Made by a program: the position numbers and the translations under genes. From Octopus vulgaris (Eukaryota), in assembly GCA_951406725.2 (NCBI GenBank), contig OX597818.1, positions 9,300,001 to 9,364,000 of the forward strand: 64,000 bases of DNA. The letters run 5' to 3'. Below the pieces are notes generated by a model. It saw nothing but the letters and a program-made list of their open reading frames with translations, was not told where the DNA came from and searched no databases. Shown one piece after another: positions 18,947 to 31,400 of the stretch. Each line of letters starts with the position of its first letter. Positions within the stretch are counted from its first letter, which is position 1.

Positions 18947-19816
18947 TATGTGTTTATATGTATATGTGAACACACACACACACATATTTGCATGCGAGCA
19001 GTTATTCATACACATATCTACATATATAAACACACATCACACGGACATACGAAGCACGCGCGCCCATACGAACATACATTCACATGCATACAAGAATCTC
19101 TTTGTTAGTACCTATGAGTGTGGACATGAATATGTGTTCTTACTATGAATTTCAGAAAGAAACCTTCTGGGATAATTTACTTTTGCTTTTTCTGTTCGTT
19201 ATATTTTTTTAAACCTCCTAATACAAAATCATTGAAGAGCTACACACATTTCTCCCAGCTGAATAACCATCCTAGCGTATGTTTTGCATCATTAAGCATT
19301 GCAAATGTGTTTTAATTATATTCTGAAAATCAAAATAGCGAAAATTTCAATAGAGTTTATTTTTGTATATTAGCTATAAAATATATATTTCTTTCTTTAA
19401 CCACAAAATGTAATTTATAGTGCAGCAATGGAAGGGTATTCTATAGTAAGAGAAACTATACACGTACCCCCCCACACACACACATTCATATATATACATT
19501 TGTACATATATATATATATACATACATACATATATATATATGTACATTTATACATATGTATGTGTGTGTATGTATATATATATATATATATATACAAATA
19601 AATGCGCATACGCGTGCATACACACACGCACGGAAACACATGTACACATATGCGTTCCTGTTTATGTCTATCTGTGTTTGCATGCGTGTGTCAGAATGAT
19701 TTAGATGCCAATAGAATTATTGCATGCAAAGTTCCTCATATAGATGAGCATTAACTATTTAGAAAGCAAGGAAGCAACTGATGTGTACACGTATATATGT
19801 GTGTGTATGTGTGTAG

Positions 19817-19874
<58 letters not shown>

Positions 19875-20005
19875 CATAAATATATATATATATATATATA
19901 TGTGTATACATATATATATGCATATACATAAATATATATACATAAATATATATAAATATATATATATATATATTAATATATACATACATATATACATATC
20001 CATAA

Positions 20006-20043
<38 letters not shown>

Positions 20044-20852
20044 ATACATGAATTTACATAAATATATACAAATATACACATAAACACGCTCTGATATATT
20101 GTGTTAATTTATATGTTTATGTATGGTATGTATATATGTCTATATTCGTTACCTATACTTTAGTGTTTATGTGTTCGTATATTTCAGATATATATATAAT
20201 ATACATGGTAAATGCATAGGATATATAACATTTAATGCTTTCTTGGATACGACTGTTTATCCACACATCCACACACCACCGTTATCATATATATAGATTA
20301 TATAAATACACGCACATAGATGCGCACACACTCGCACGACACACATATATATAGTGGCGGGAAGAGTACGGAGAAAGAATGACAGGGAGAAAATATATAT
20401 ACGAGTTTGTGTGAATGTGATCTTTATATGAAGAAAACATTTTCTTAAGTATATTTAGTTTCCGTATTTAATATCTTATTTCTAAAGAGTGTTTAAATTA
20501 GATGAGTTTATTCCTTCGTTGCATACATGATGATTTCTTACACGCATGATTACATACATCATCTCTATTCATACATATATGCACGTATGCGCACGCACAC
20601 ATTAGCACACACATAGGAATTAATAACGTAACATACGTGTGCGTGTTTCCATCATGCACACATGGATGTGTGTGTATGTGTACGTACTTGTGTGTGTGTC
20701 TGCCTGTCTGTGTGTATGTGTATGTGTGTGTGTGTGTGTGCATAGATAGAAAGATAAATATAATATCAGTTGTCAAGTTTACCATAATGCTATACTTGTG
20801 GTCGTGGGTTCGAATCTCAGTGGAACCTTCTTTTGTCGTTATAAGTTTATAG

Positions 20853-20995
20853 ATGGCAGTTGTGGTTGTGTGGTAAGTAGTTTGATCCCAACACGTGGTT
20901 TTGAGTTTAGTCCCACTGCAAAGCAAATTAGCAGTGTCTTCTACTCTACCATCGGCTCGACCAAAACCTTGTACCGCTGAATCCTTGGTATCATG
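20853..20995 (+). mobile_element. SINE family A, diverged
   Basis: tggttgtgtggtaagtag...gagtttagtcccactgc...gtgtcttctact. Confidence 0.55.
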
Positions 20996-21012
20996 TTTTT
21001 ATTTTGATTAAT

Positions 21013-21051
<39 letters not shown>

Positions 21052-21202
21052 GGCAGAATATAATTGATATATATATATATATGACAGAATATAATATAAT
21101 ATATATATATATATGACAGAATATAATATAATATATATATATATATACATATATATATACATATATATACATATAGATATACACACACACATACATATAT
21201 AT

Positions 21203-21416
21203 TACTCTTTACTCTTTTACTCTTTTACTTGCTTCAGTCATTTGACTGGAGCACCGCCTTTAGTCGAGCAAATCGACCCGGGACTTATTCTCTGTAAGCC
21301 CAGTACTTATTCTATCGGGCTCTTTTGCCGAACCGCTAAGTGACGGGGACGTAAACACACCAGCATCGGTTGTCAAGCAATGCTAGGGGGACAAACACAC
21401 ACACACACACACACAC

Positions 21417-21457
<41 letters not shown>

Positions 21458-21624
21458 TACGACAGGTTTCTATCAGTTTCCGTCTACCAAATCCACTCAC
21501 AAGGCATTGATCGGCCCGGGGCTATAGCAGAAGACATTTGCCCAAGATGCCACGTAGTGGGACTGAACCCGGAACTATGTGGTTGGTTAGCAAGCTACTT
21601 ACCACACAGCCACTCCTGCGCCTA
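21203..21624 (-). mobile_element. SINE family A, near full length, interrupted by (CA)n(TA)n
   Basis: Minus-strand head ggcgcaggagtggctgtgtggtaagtag...ggttcagtccc (A and B boxes), with a (aagagta)n-type tail at 21203-21230. Confidence 0.8.
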
Positions 21625-22038
21625 TAAATATATATACATACATGTATACATCTATATAGATCATGCCCTCTATCCATGTATATGTATCATACACACGCTC
21701 ACCCACACACACATACGCGGTGCGGGGAAGAAGAGAGAAAAGAGAATATGCAGGCACATGCATATTTTTTTTAATGATACAGTTTTATACGAATCTGAAA
21801 ACCCTTCTATACATCTACGAATGTATATACAGGATAGATTAGAACATTTGAAAAACTATTGTTAAAACGTACGATTAATATCCAACTTAAAGGACTAATA
21901 TACTAAAATACATGCATAAATACGCATACACACTCACCCCAACACACAAATACATAGACATACTCACAGAGGCACGTGCATACACAAACATACAAACACA
22001 CACACAAACGTGTGCATGCGCTCACGTGTGCATGTCTA

Positions 22039-23306
22039 CGAGGGACGTTCAATAAGTAATGCCACTGACCCACTTCCAGGTGTTTGATCTAGTTGAAATT
22101 TTGCATGTGCAATTACGTATATCTCTATAGATTAGGTGGCAAATTACAGCTCTGAACTAATTATGGTTTCTGATCTACAGGTGTTTGAACTGAGTCAAGT
22201 GTGAAATGGAGCCTGTTGAGTGTCGAGCAGTGATCCGGTTTTTGTATTTGAAAGGACGCACACCACGGGAGACTTTTGATGAAATGAAAGTAACTTATGG
22301 TGATGATGCCCCATCATATGACCTTGTAAAACGCTGGCATAGTGAATTCAAACATGGTCGGAACTCTGTGGAAACAGCTCCCAGATCTGTTCGCCCCACT
22401 TCTGCCATTAATGAGGCATCTGTCCGCCAAGTTGAGGCTGCCATTTTGGAACATCGACGCATAACTATTCGCCAAATAGCCCATGAGGTCAAGATTAGTA
22501 CCGGGTCAGTGGAAGCTATCATTCATGACCATTTGCATATGCAAAAGTTGTCTGCCAGATGGATTCCCAGGTTGCTCACACTTTTCCAGAAGCAAGAACG
22601 CGTCGAATGCTCGAGGATGAATTTGGAGACGTACCAAGAAGATGAGTCAAAATTTTTGAAAAGACTGATTACACAGGATGAAACCTGGGTCCATCACTAT
22701 GATCCAGAGACCAAAGCCCAGTCAATGCAGTGGAAGCACCGTGACTCACCTTCTCCAAAGAAGACAAGAGTGCAGCCCTCCGCTGGCAAGGTCATGCTCA
22801 CAGTCTTCTGGGACCAGGACGGAGTAGTGATGACAGATTTCCTGGCAAAGGGTACCACAATTACAGGAGCCTATTATGCTTCACTTTTGAGGAAATTAAG
22901 AGAAGCTATCAAAATCAAGAGGCGGGGAAAAATCAGCGAAGGTATCCTCCTCCTGCAGGACAACGCTCCGGTCCACAACTCGCGTGTCGAGGCGTGCGGC
23001 TATGAACTCCTCCCCTATCTCCTGACCTTGCACCCTCTGATGTTCACCTCTTCCCAGCCATGAAGTTGTTTTTGAAAGGAAAGCATTTCCCAGATGATGC
23101 GGCCTTGATTTCTAAAGTCACGGCGTGGATGGAGGACCAGGCTGAGGTATTTTACAAAAACGGTCTCCAGAGCTGGATCAAACGATGGGAGAAATGCCTA
23201 ACTCTGAGTGGTTCCTATGTAGAAAAAGACCAATAACTGTGCCAAGTTCCATTGCTCTACTGGTATGGGAAGTGGGTCAGGGGCATTACTTATTGAACGC
23301 CCCTCG
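22039..23306 (+). mobile_element. Mariner DNA transposon with ~39-bp TIRs and TA target duplication
   Basis: TA|cgagggacgttcaataagtaatgccactgacccacttcc ... ggaagtgggtcaggggcattacttattgaacgcccctcg|TA. Length 1268 bp. Confidence 0.95.
22206..23236 (+). pseudogene. Mariner transposase, frameshifted just before the PDLAPSD motif
   Basis: HTH N-terminus, WIPRLL, ITQDETW, LQDNAPVH. The C-terminus PDLAPSDVHLF...RWEKCLTLSGSYVEKDQ* continues in another frame after small deletions near 22985-23020. Confidence 0.9.
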
Positions 23307-23684
23307 TACATGTTTTTTTGGGGAGCCTCCATGAAGTTGTTTTTGAAAGGAAAGCATTTCCCAGATGATGCAGCCTTGATTTCTAAAGTCACGGCGTGGA
23401 TGGAGGACCAAGCTGAGGTCTTTTACAAAAACATAACTTCAAAGGCAGTGCGCAGGAGCTTTCACATGAGCATTCATGCACAAAAACATATATGCGTATG
23501 TGTGTGTGTACCACACATTCTACACACATATCAGTCACATACATGCACTCATACACACAGTCACATATACGAAAAAACACTCATATAGGCCATTTTTGTG
23601 CTCCCCTACCTTCAAAAACGAGCGTCGCTGTGTTTGTCCCCTCCCGGTTAATTACTTTTCATTCTTTGGATTTCTTCCTCGTTC

Positions 23685-23722
23685 CCGTTTCTGATGAGGA
23701 TCCATACTGGAAACGTCACGTT
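23685..23722 (+). ncRNA. Degenerate hammerhead motif in a Penelope-type terminal repeat (~23590-23765)
   Basis: gttt-CTGATGA-ggatccatactg-GAAAC-GTC. Stem II is poorly paired. The flanks resemble the reverse complement of 41685-41890 and 42620-42790. Confidence 0.45.
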
Positions 23723-23849
23723 GCTTTTTTTTTTTTTCACTTTTGCAGGTTTCCGTGCTTTTGCTTTTAATTTTGATTTTGATTTGCCCATATGTATATA
23801 TGTTTGTGTGTGTGTAAGTATGTATGTATGTATGTATTTTTTTTTTTTT

Positions 23850-23923
<74 letters not shown>

Positions 23924-24418
23924 GCATATACATATAATTATAAAACATGAAGCGTATGGTTATTTTCATGAGATAATCATTTATTCCTTTCCCATCACTT
24001 TTTATTATTACCGCTCTGTAGTCGAATGCCCTTCGGTCTGAAGCACACGTTCCCTTTTACCACTATCTTATTTTCTAATCCTTTCTCCAATCTCTCCTTC
24101 TCCTCTCTCTCTATTTCCTACACCCACACACAAATCCCATTTATGTCCATCATAATTTCCCATTATATATACACTCCAATATGTCTTTATGGGTATGTTT
24201 TGGATAAAGGTTAATTAGCGCTATTTACGACGAATCCGGTTATACTTAACTACTAGTTTTATTTACTTATTTATACACCCTGGTACCCATAAAGAAATAT
24301 TAACCCACTAATTATTTTTCTAGTTTATTCATTTGTTCATCGATATATATATATATATATATATCGTTTTTGGATTTGGTTCGCAAGATTATTTATGTGA
24401 GTTTGAGTGTTGAAGCAT

Positions 24419-24688
24419 ACTCTGTCGTATCTAGGGAGAGTCATTTTCTTTTTGAGCCTTATAATTTAACACACTCACCGGTAAAATTTCCACTTATTTC
24501 CTATTTTTATTTTCCTAAAATTTTCGTTGCGTCTTCCATCTTTTCAATAGTCTTGAGAGTCAAGACTACTGAAAAGATTGCAAGACGCAACGAAAGTTTT
24601 AGGAACATAAAAATAAGTGGAAATTTTACCGGGTGAGTGTGTTATATTATAAGGCACACAAACAAAATGATAATCCCCAGACACAACA

Positions 24689-24692
<4 letters not shown>
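24419..24692. repeat. Fold-back palindrome (~135-bp arms, 3-nt spacer at 24557-24559)
   Basis: ...gccttataatttaacacactcacc...tttcgttgcgtcttcc..tagtcttga GAG tcaagacta..gcaagacgcaacgaaa...gtgagtgtgttatattataaggc... Confidence 0.9.
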
Positions 24693-24733
<41 letters not shown>

Positions 24734-24736
<3 letters not shown>

Positions 24737-25400
24737 TGTGAAAATTAAAAGGGTAGAAAATTTTGAAAAATTTCATACCAGTGGCTAGCATGCGTAATAA
24801 AAGTGAATAGACTACATATTTTCATATATATAAAATGTATAGTATTTATACACTAAAAGAGGCGACTGATTACAGAACTCCTTACATGCTAGTGCGGGCA
24901 GCCAAACTCAAACCACGAAGTAATTTCAAAAAGAATGAAAATAACAATTATTTACAGTTAATCTCAAATTCTAGTTTCTGTATTAATGAGCAAATAAATT
25001 AATTTATCGTCAATACTTCATTAGGAGGATCGCCTAAGTAATAGATGATTATGCAGTACATCGCAGCGAAATTCCATGTGCGCTGCATACTTTTATATTT
25101 ATGTTTTCAAATCAACCGCGAAAGCGCAGTCAAATTTTCAGTAGCAAGTGATAAAATTAATACAGCTTAACAAGCTTTGAAACTATGAAAATTTTACTGT
25201 CAAAATTAAAAGGGTAGAAAATTTAGAAATATTTCAAACCAATGACTAGCAAGCGTGATAAAAGTCAATAGTGTATGCTAGAGAAGGCAGCCAAACCCAA
25301 ACCACGGAAGTAATTCTAATTTTGCTGCCCTCTCTAGCATGTAAAGTGTCCTGTAAAGGGTTGCCTCTTTTAGAGTATAAATGCTATACACTTTATATAT
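24734..25400. mobile_element. MITE-like/rearranged element with ~78-bp inverted repeats (24826-24904 vs 25322-25400) and direct repeats (24734-24810 vs 25196-25272)
   Basis: Visible alignment of the stated segments, plus a local hairpin at 25274-25341. Confidence 0.6.
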
Positions 25401-26992
25401 ATATATATATATATTGAATGCAATATAAAAAATGATAATAACAGCAATAATAAGATGTGATTGCACGCCTAAATAAGCATTATATAGTCATATGTTTAAA
25501 ATGCATATGATAAAGGCACACGAATGTGCCTGCGTACTAGACAAAAGAGTTAAAACTCTCATTAAACCACCAATAATAATATTGAAAATTACAGCAGAAA
25601 ACGACGTTTTTCGGGCAAACGGATTGAAAAGATCTTTCACATCCCTATTTAGCAGAATGCTATAAATTCCTTGGCATTAGTATACGTGTTGACCGGTTTC
25701 TGGTTTGATATAAATCGATTATTGGCTATATAATGGTTATGCAATGCTAATTTAGGCCTGCAACCATTTATATTATTATTGCTATTATTCTCAATTATTT
25801 ATATTGCCCTTGATAATAATAGCAATAATAATATCTATATAAATATTCACTCCTGAATATTTGCTCCGTATTGACTGGGCGCAAAACACTTCCAAGGGCC
25901 AGCAGATTTCAACATAGCGGGTTGAGAAGATTTATATATATGTGTGTGTGTGTGTGAGTGTGTATGTGTGTTGGTGTGTGTGTGGGGGGTATGTATGTAT
26001 GTATGTATGTATGTTTTGTGTACTGTTCCGTGAATATAAGGTCAACAAAACAAGTACTCCGTCTCTATTATTTAATAGAGAAATATATATTTTATGTGCT
26101 ACTATTAGCTTCATGCGAAATTGTAACTTATCAGTGTCGTTGGAAAAGTCTGTTGGCAATTTCGCTTCATCACAGTTTTTAGTTTCCTTCAAAATAATAT
26201 TACAAACACCAAATGAATTCACAATAACGAAGTTGATATCCTTACTAGCTTAAACATGCCACTGGTTCCTTAAGATAAACCTGCAAATATTGTTTCCAAA
26301 TCAAGACTGATTGCGGACAGATTTCTTTTTAAACGTCTACTTAATCTTCAATATCTTCTTATCTCTGCAGTCCAGAATGTAAAAGATGTGTGTATATTTC
26401 TGACCGAATGTCTGTGAATAGAAAAAAATGTATATGCATCTAAAGGACTACTAGACACGATTTCTTTTAGTCACTTCACAAATCATTTTTTATTCTTTTG
26501 TAAGTTATATTGATATAAGATCATCAGCGCCAAATGAAGACTATTCTTCGGTAAAACTAAGCTTTTATCTGAGATATCGTTTCAAGTAAAAGATCTAGTT
26601 ACTATCGCTTTCCTGATACAGCCTTGAATGGCAACTAATTTAAATCCCATTTCTTCTAAATTTTCAATTTATTTTTCATAAGGGTTACTTTCAGTCACAC
26701 AATTATTTTAGAAAAAGGTTCATTTATTTCAATTGTAAATAGTTTTTGTGAAATGTCATTCTGCAACATTTAATATGAGTAATAAACAAAAAACAAATGT
26801 TGAACCACACAAGTATTTTAAAACGGTCATGCAATTTTAATTAGGTTTCAATCACAATGTCATTAATTTCTGGATATAGAATGCAGTAGCATTCTAACTT
26901 TTATTTTTTTGTAAATTTTCCCAAAAAATCACCATGCAAGGATCCACGGAATGTTACCGCAATACGCGCAAACACATACACACATTCACACA

Positions 26993-27051
<59 letters not shown>

Positions 27052-27253
27052 GTATGCTTGTATAAATGTATGTACACCCGAGTAAGCATATAAATGTGAA
27101 ACATGGTGGGAGAAAGTAGCACACGAATACCAGTGGTAGAGTAATACGCCTTATTGTTAAAGATGCAAAAATGTCACCAAAATAACAACAAAAAAAAACT
27201 GCTGTTCTGAGTTTCACGTTCCCGTTCTGTGATGTTTTTGAAGTTTTAATAAA

Positions 27254-27300
<47 letters not shown>

Positions 27301-27327
27301 TATATAAATATATATGCAGCACGGATT

Positions 27328-27377
27328 TTTGTCAGTGAACAGGTCGCGGATTTTAGCGACGAAAATATTTTGACAAA
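27328..27377 (+). ncRNA. Minimal hammerhead motif, G3-C8 core variant
   Basis: tttgtca-GTGAACA-g-gtcgc ggatttta gcgac-GAAAA-ta-TT-T-tgacaaa. 7-bp stem I, 5-bp stem II, palindromic stem III region AAAATATTTT. Confidence 0.55.
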
Positions 27378-27649
27378 TTAAACTTAAATGTTGAAGTGAA
27401 TCGAACGGCTTTTGTGTGTTTCTTAAATGGCTTATAAACACCTCCCACGCTGCAATTGTTTTCGTTTCAGCACACGATCTCAGGTCAAACTACTTGCTAT
27501 GAGAGTACATCTCCGTAATATATATATATATGTATATAAATATATATATTTATTTATTTATGTATGTATGTATCTGTATATATATATAGATATGCATGTA
27601 TATATATATATATATATACATGCATGTATATATATATAGATATGCATGT

Positions 27650-27735
<86 letters not shown>

Positions 27736-27739
27736 TGTG

Positions 27740-28965
27740 TATTCGAAGTCTTGTTAAATCGCCCGTCCACTGCTTCTGAAGACCCGCTGAAGAACATTCC
27801 TCAACACCCTGTCAGATCGGAACTTTCACTTCCCCCTTCCCATATCGAATTCATGACCGCTTTCAATCAAATGAAATCTGACAAAGCTCCCGTGCCTGAC
27901 AACATCCCCTTTGAACTGATCAGAGCGAGTGGACCTGCTCTTCGGGCAATGCTGATTCTCCATATCTGGGAGAAGAAACAGATTCCTCAAGATCTCAAAG
28001 ATGCAGTCATTGTCACCATCTTCAAGAAAGGGGATAGGAGCCTTTGTGGTAACAATCGTGGCATCTCTCTGCTTTCAATCGCAGGCAAAATCATTGCTCG
28101 AATCTTGTTACAATGTCTCCAAGTAGTAGCTGAGTCAGTCTTTCCTGAGTCAGAGTGTGGTTTTAGAAGGTCAAGAGGTACCATCGACATGATATTTTGT
28201 ATAGTCAGATGCAGGAGAAGAGCCGGCCGCAGCAGAGACCTGTCTTTTTCTTCTTCTACGACTTGAAGAAAGCTTTCGACAGTGTCCCAAGAGATGTCAT
28301 GAGGGATATCCTGCATCGTTATGGTTGCCTTGGAGGTTTCATTTCGCTGATCACGGGTTTCCATGATGACATGAGGGTAAGAGTTCTTTATCAGGTTGAC
28401 ATCTCTGAAGAATTCAAGATCACATGGCCTGAAGCAGGAATGTGTTCTTGCTCCAACCCTGTTTTCTTTCTACATCGCTGCCATGCTCTCCGAAATTCCA
28501 ACTGACAACCCCGGAGTGGAACTCAGATGTAGATTTGATGACGGACTTTTCAACATTTTCCCGATCAAGACGTCACTGTCGAGAGCACAAGATCACTGAG
28601 CTTCAATACACTGATGATAACGCAGCCCCAAGATCAGTCTCTACGGTGAACTGTCTGAAGAAAAATGTCCTTGTGGAGTCCCTTGAGACGGTACAAGGAC
28701 TACCTCAAATCAACCCTGAAAAGCACAAACATCGACCCCGCACACTGGGAAGATATCTCGGCAAACAGACCCCTCTGGAGACACACCGTCAAAAGGGTTC
28801 CTACGGACTTCGAGAAAGCCCGTGTCGCAAGAGCTGAACTCAAGAGCCTGGAGAGAAAGCAGCGCTTCCCAAACCAGCCCCTTCTATCCCTTGTCCACAA
28901 TGTCCCCGTATATTTCATGCAACCCTTAGATTGCGGAGCCATCTGCGGTTCAAACACCCAGGAAA
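27740..28965 (+). mobile_element. RTE-type LINE RT fragment (frameshifted, internally deleted)
   Basis: IPQDLKDAVIVTIFKKGDRSLCGNNRGISLLSIAGKI, ESECGFR..RGTIDMIF, DLKKAFDSV, GLKQECVLAPTLF, LQYTDD, RYKDYLK, and a terminal CPQCPR..H zinc finger. Confidence 0.88.
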
Positions 28966-29091
28966 ATGAACTGGATTGCAAGCTCGGAAGCACGATACGC
29001 AACCAACAACATATGTATATATATATATACACTTGTATATATTTAATGTATATATGTATGTATATATGTATGTATATATGTATACACACAC

Positions 29092-29135
<44 letters not shown>

Positions 29136-29519
29136 GTATATACATATATATATGTATATATATATATGTATATATATGTATATAGATATATAGATATATA
29201 TATGCACATATATAAATATATATATATAGGTGTTTGTGTCTGTGCATTATTCTTAAACATTAATGTTGTTGGCAGTACTTCAAAGATTCGGCCGGTTAAG
29301 ACATCGCCACACGAGTTTCACGGTGGGTTAAATAGCCGAGACTTTTAAGTCAGTGTAAACAACATTATTGTTGACGAAAAGAATAATAATTTGCATTCCA
29401 CGAGAGTATAGTGAACCTATCTGATTCACTTCATGTAAAATTGTTTTTATTTTCATAACTAGACGTAAAAGCTCAAAACAAAAACAAAGGAAAGAATATA
29501 TATGTGTGTATATATATAC

Positions 29520-31400
29520 AGCAAAATTTAGATTCAGATGAATATGGTACTACTTAAGTCAAAGGCACCAGAATTTTGTATGTTAATATCCATATAAATT
29601 CATGGGGTGATTACAATTAAAATAAGCAACAAGTATATCCGAGGTAATATGGTACGATCGTTTCGTGCTACTTCATTTTATTAAACACTGTAAGCATTAC
29701 ATCAGTTTTAAAATGTCGAGCAATCTTCAGCCACCTTTTCAGATTTTCCAATCAAACGGACAATGCATATTCTTATCCCTATTTCGTTTGCCAACATCAC
29801 AAAGAGGGTAGATGTACAGACAGAGAGATTGATTTCATTCTTAAGAACATTATAGTATCATGTTAGAACATGATACTGTCATGTTAGAAGATGTATGGGT
29901 AGCTGAAGATGTATGGGTAGCTGAAAAAAGTGATCCAGTGCTCAAATTCATACATAATCCAGAGAACAAATTCATAGTTATCCTACGGCCGTTTCGGGAG
30001 ACTTATTTCACAATTTTCTTGTGTTTCTGTAAATGTATTTCGGAAGTTTCTTGTGTTATTTTGACGTACTTACTTCACACCTGTAAACTACATTTTTATT
30101 TTCAAACACAGCCCTTTTAACGGGAAAAATTTGGGGGATTGGCAATTACAATTGTTTTAATGCAATTCAGATTACTACTCAATTGACTTCGTTCCATGGA
30201 CTACTTTCCCGTGTATTATTCTTAAGTTTAAATCTATTATTAGCCTTAATTAGGTGGTGTTGAATATGACAACTTTAAACTAGATTTGTTAATGATGGAG
30301 TGATATTTATATTCGTGATGTGAGTTGATTTCAATTATTTTTGAAGAATAATTCGAGGAGATTTTTAACTTATAGTGAAAAAGGTGGGGTAAACCAAATT
30401 TTTGGCAGTTTACAAGTATGGTTATTCAGAACCTGCCTATTTCTTATATTGTAAAGTTATAACTAAAAGGTTGATAAAATATTTTATTATATGGGGAGTC
30501 CGTTATTTAACAGGGTCACTTACTGACAGAATGTCAATATCTAATTTAGTTAAGCATGGATAGAGTCTACCAAGTTTAGTTTCAAATATTGGATCTCTTA
30601 TATAAAATGTTCTCATGGAAACCACTATTCTTTAGTGCTGTGTTACATAATAATGCGTGATTATTGAAAATTCTTTCATTAGCTGAAAGATTAGATATTC
30701 TTATAGGCACACTTTTAATTATCCCATTTGTAACACTTCGGGGGTGATTTGACACTGTTAAGACACTGTTTTATTTGGTTTAGAATAAACCACTATTGAA
30801 ATTTAAGGTAACATCCAGAAAGTTTACTCCTTTTCTAATATATTCGTCTGCTATGTAAATTAAATTCCTTTAAAAAAATTATCAAAGCTTTTTAGTCCTG
30901 TTCGCAAAGGGTAGCCAGTTAATGCAAATAATACATCATCACTATATAACCCTCCTTTAATGTTAGGGAACGTTTTCTTTATTTTTGAAAGCAGAAATAA
31001 GCCGACCAAATCTGTAACCTGTGTTGAGTTTGATGATCCCATGCTTACATCAAAGATATCCTGAAGGCCATTTCGAGTCCAGTTCTTATCCCTAAAAGAT
31101 ATCAATGTTTTCCTGGCAGTTATTATGTCTTTCTCCAATGGGGAGATATCTTCAAACATTTGAGCAAATGCAATTGATTTATCCAACACATTCGGTGACA
31201 TAGAGAGATAATAATTACTTATATCAAATTGTAGGAAATATGCTTTTCTTCTTTTATTTAATGAGCAGAACCAAGTGATCGTGCCACCTGTACTACTCCA
31301 AAGTGGTAAAATGACATTACTCTTTACGCAAGGGAGAACCCCTACCAATAATAGATTTACTTATTCTACCAAGATCGGAGTTTTGAAAGCAAGCCCACTG
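29520..31400 (-). mobile_element. Penelope-like element remnant (RT resembling the Naiad/Chlamys type) with 3' terminal repeat
   Basis: QFDISNYY, FDVSMGSSNSTQVTDLVGLFLL, GGLYSDD, GVNFLDVTL, HPRSVTNGIIKSVPIRISNLSANE. Hammerhead-like motif at 29653-29705 on the same strand. Confidence 0.75.
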
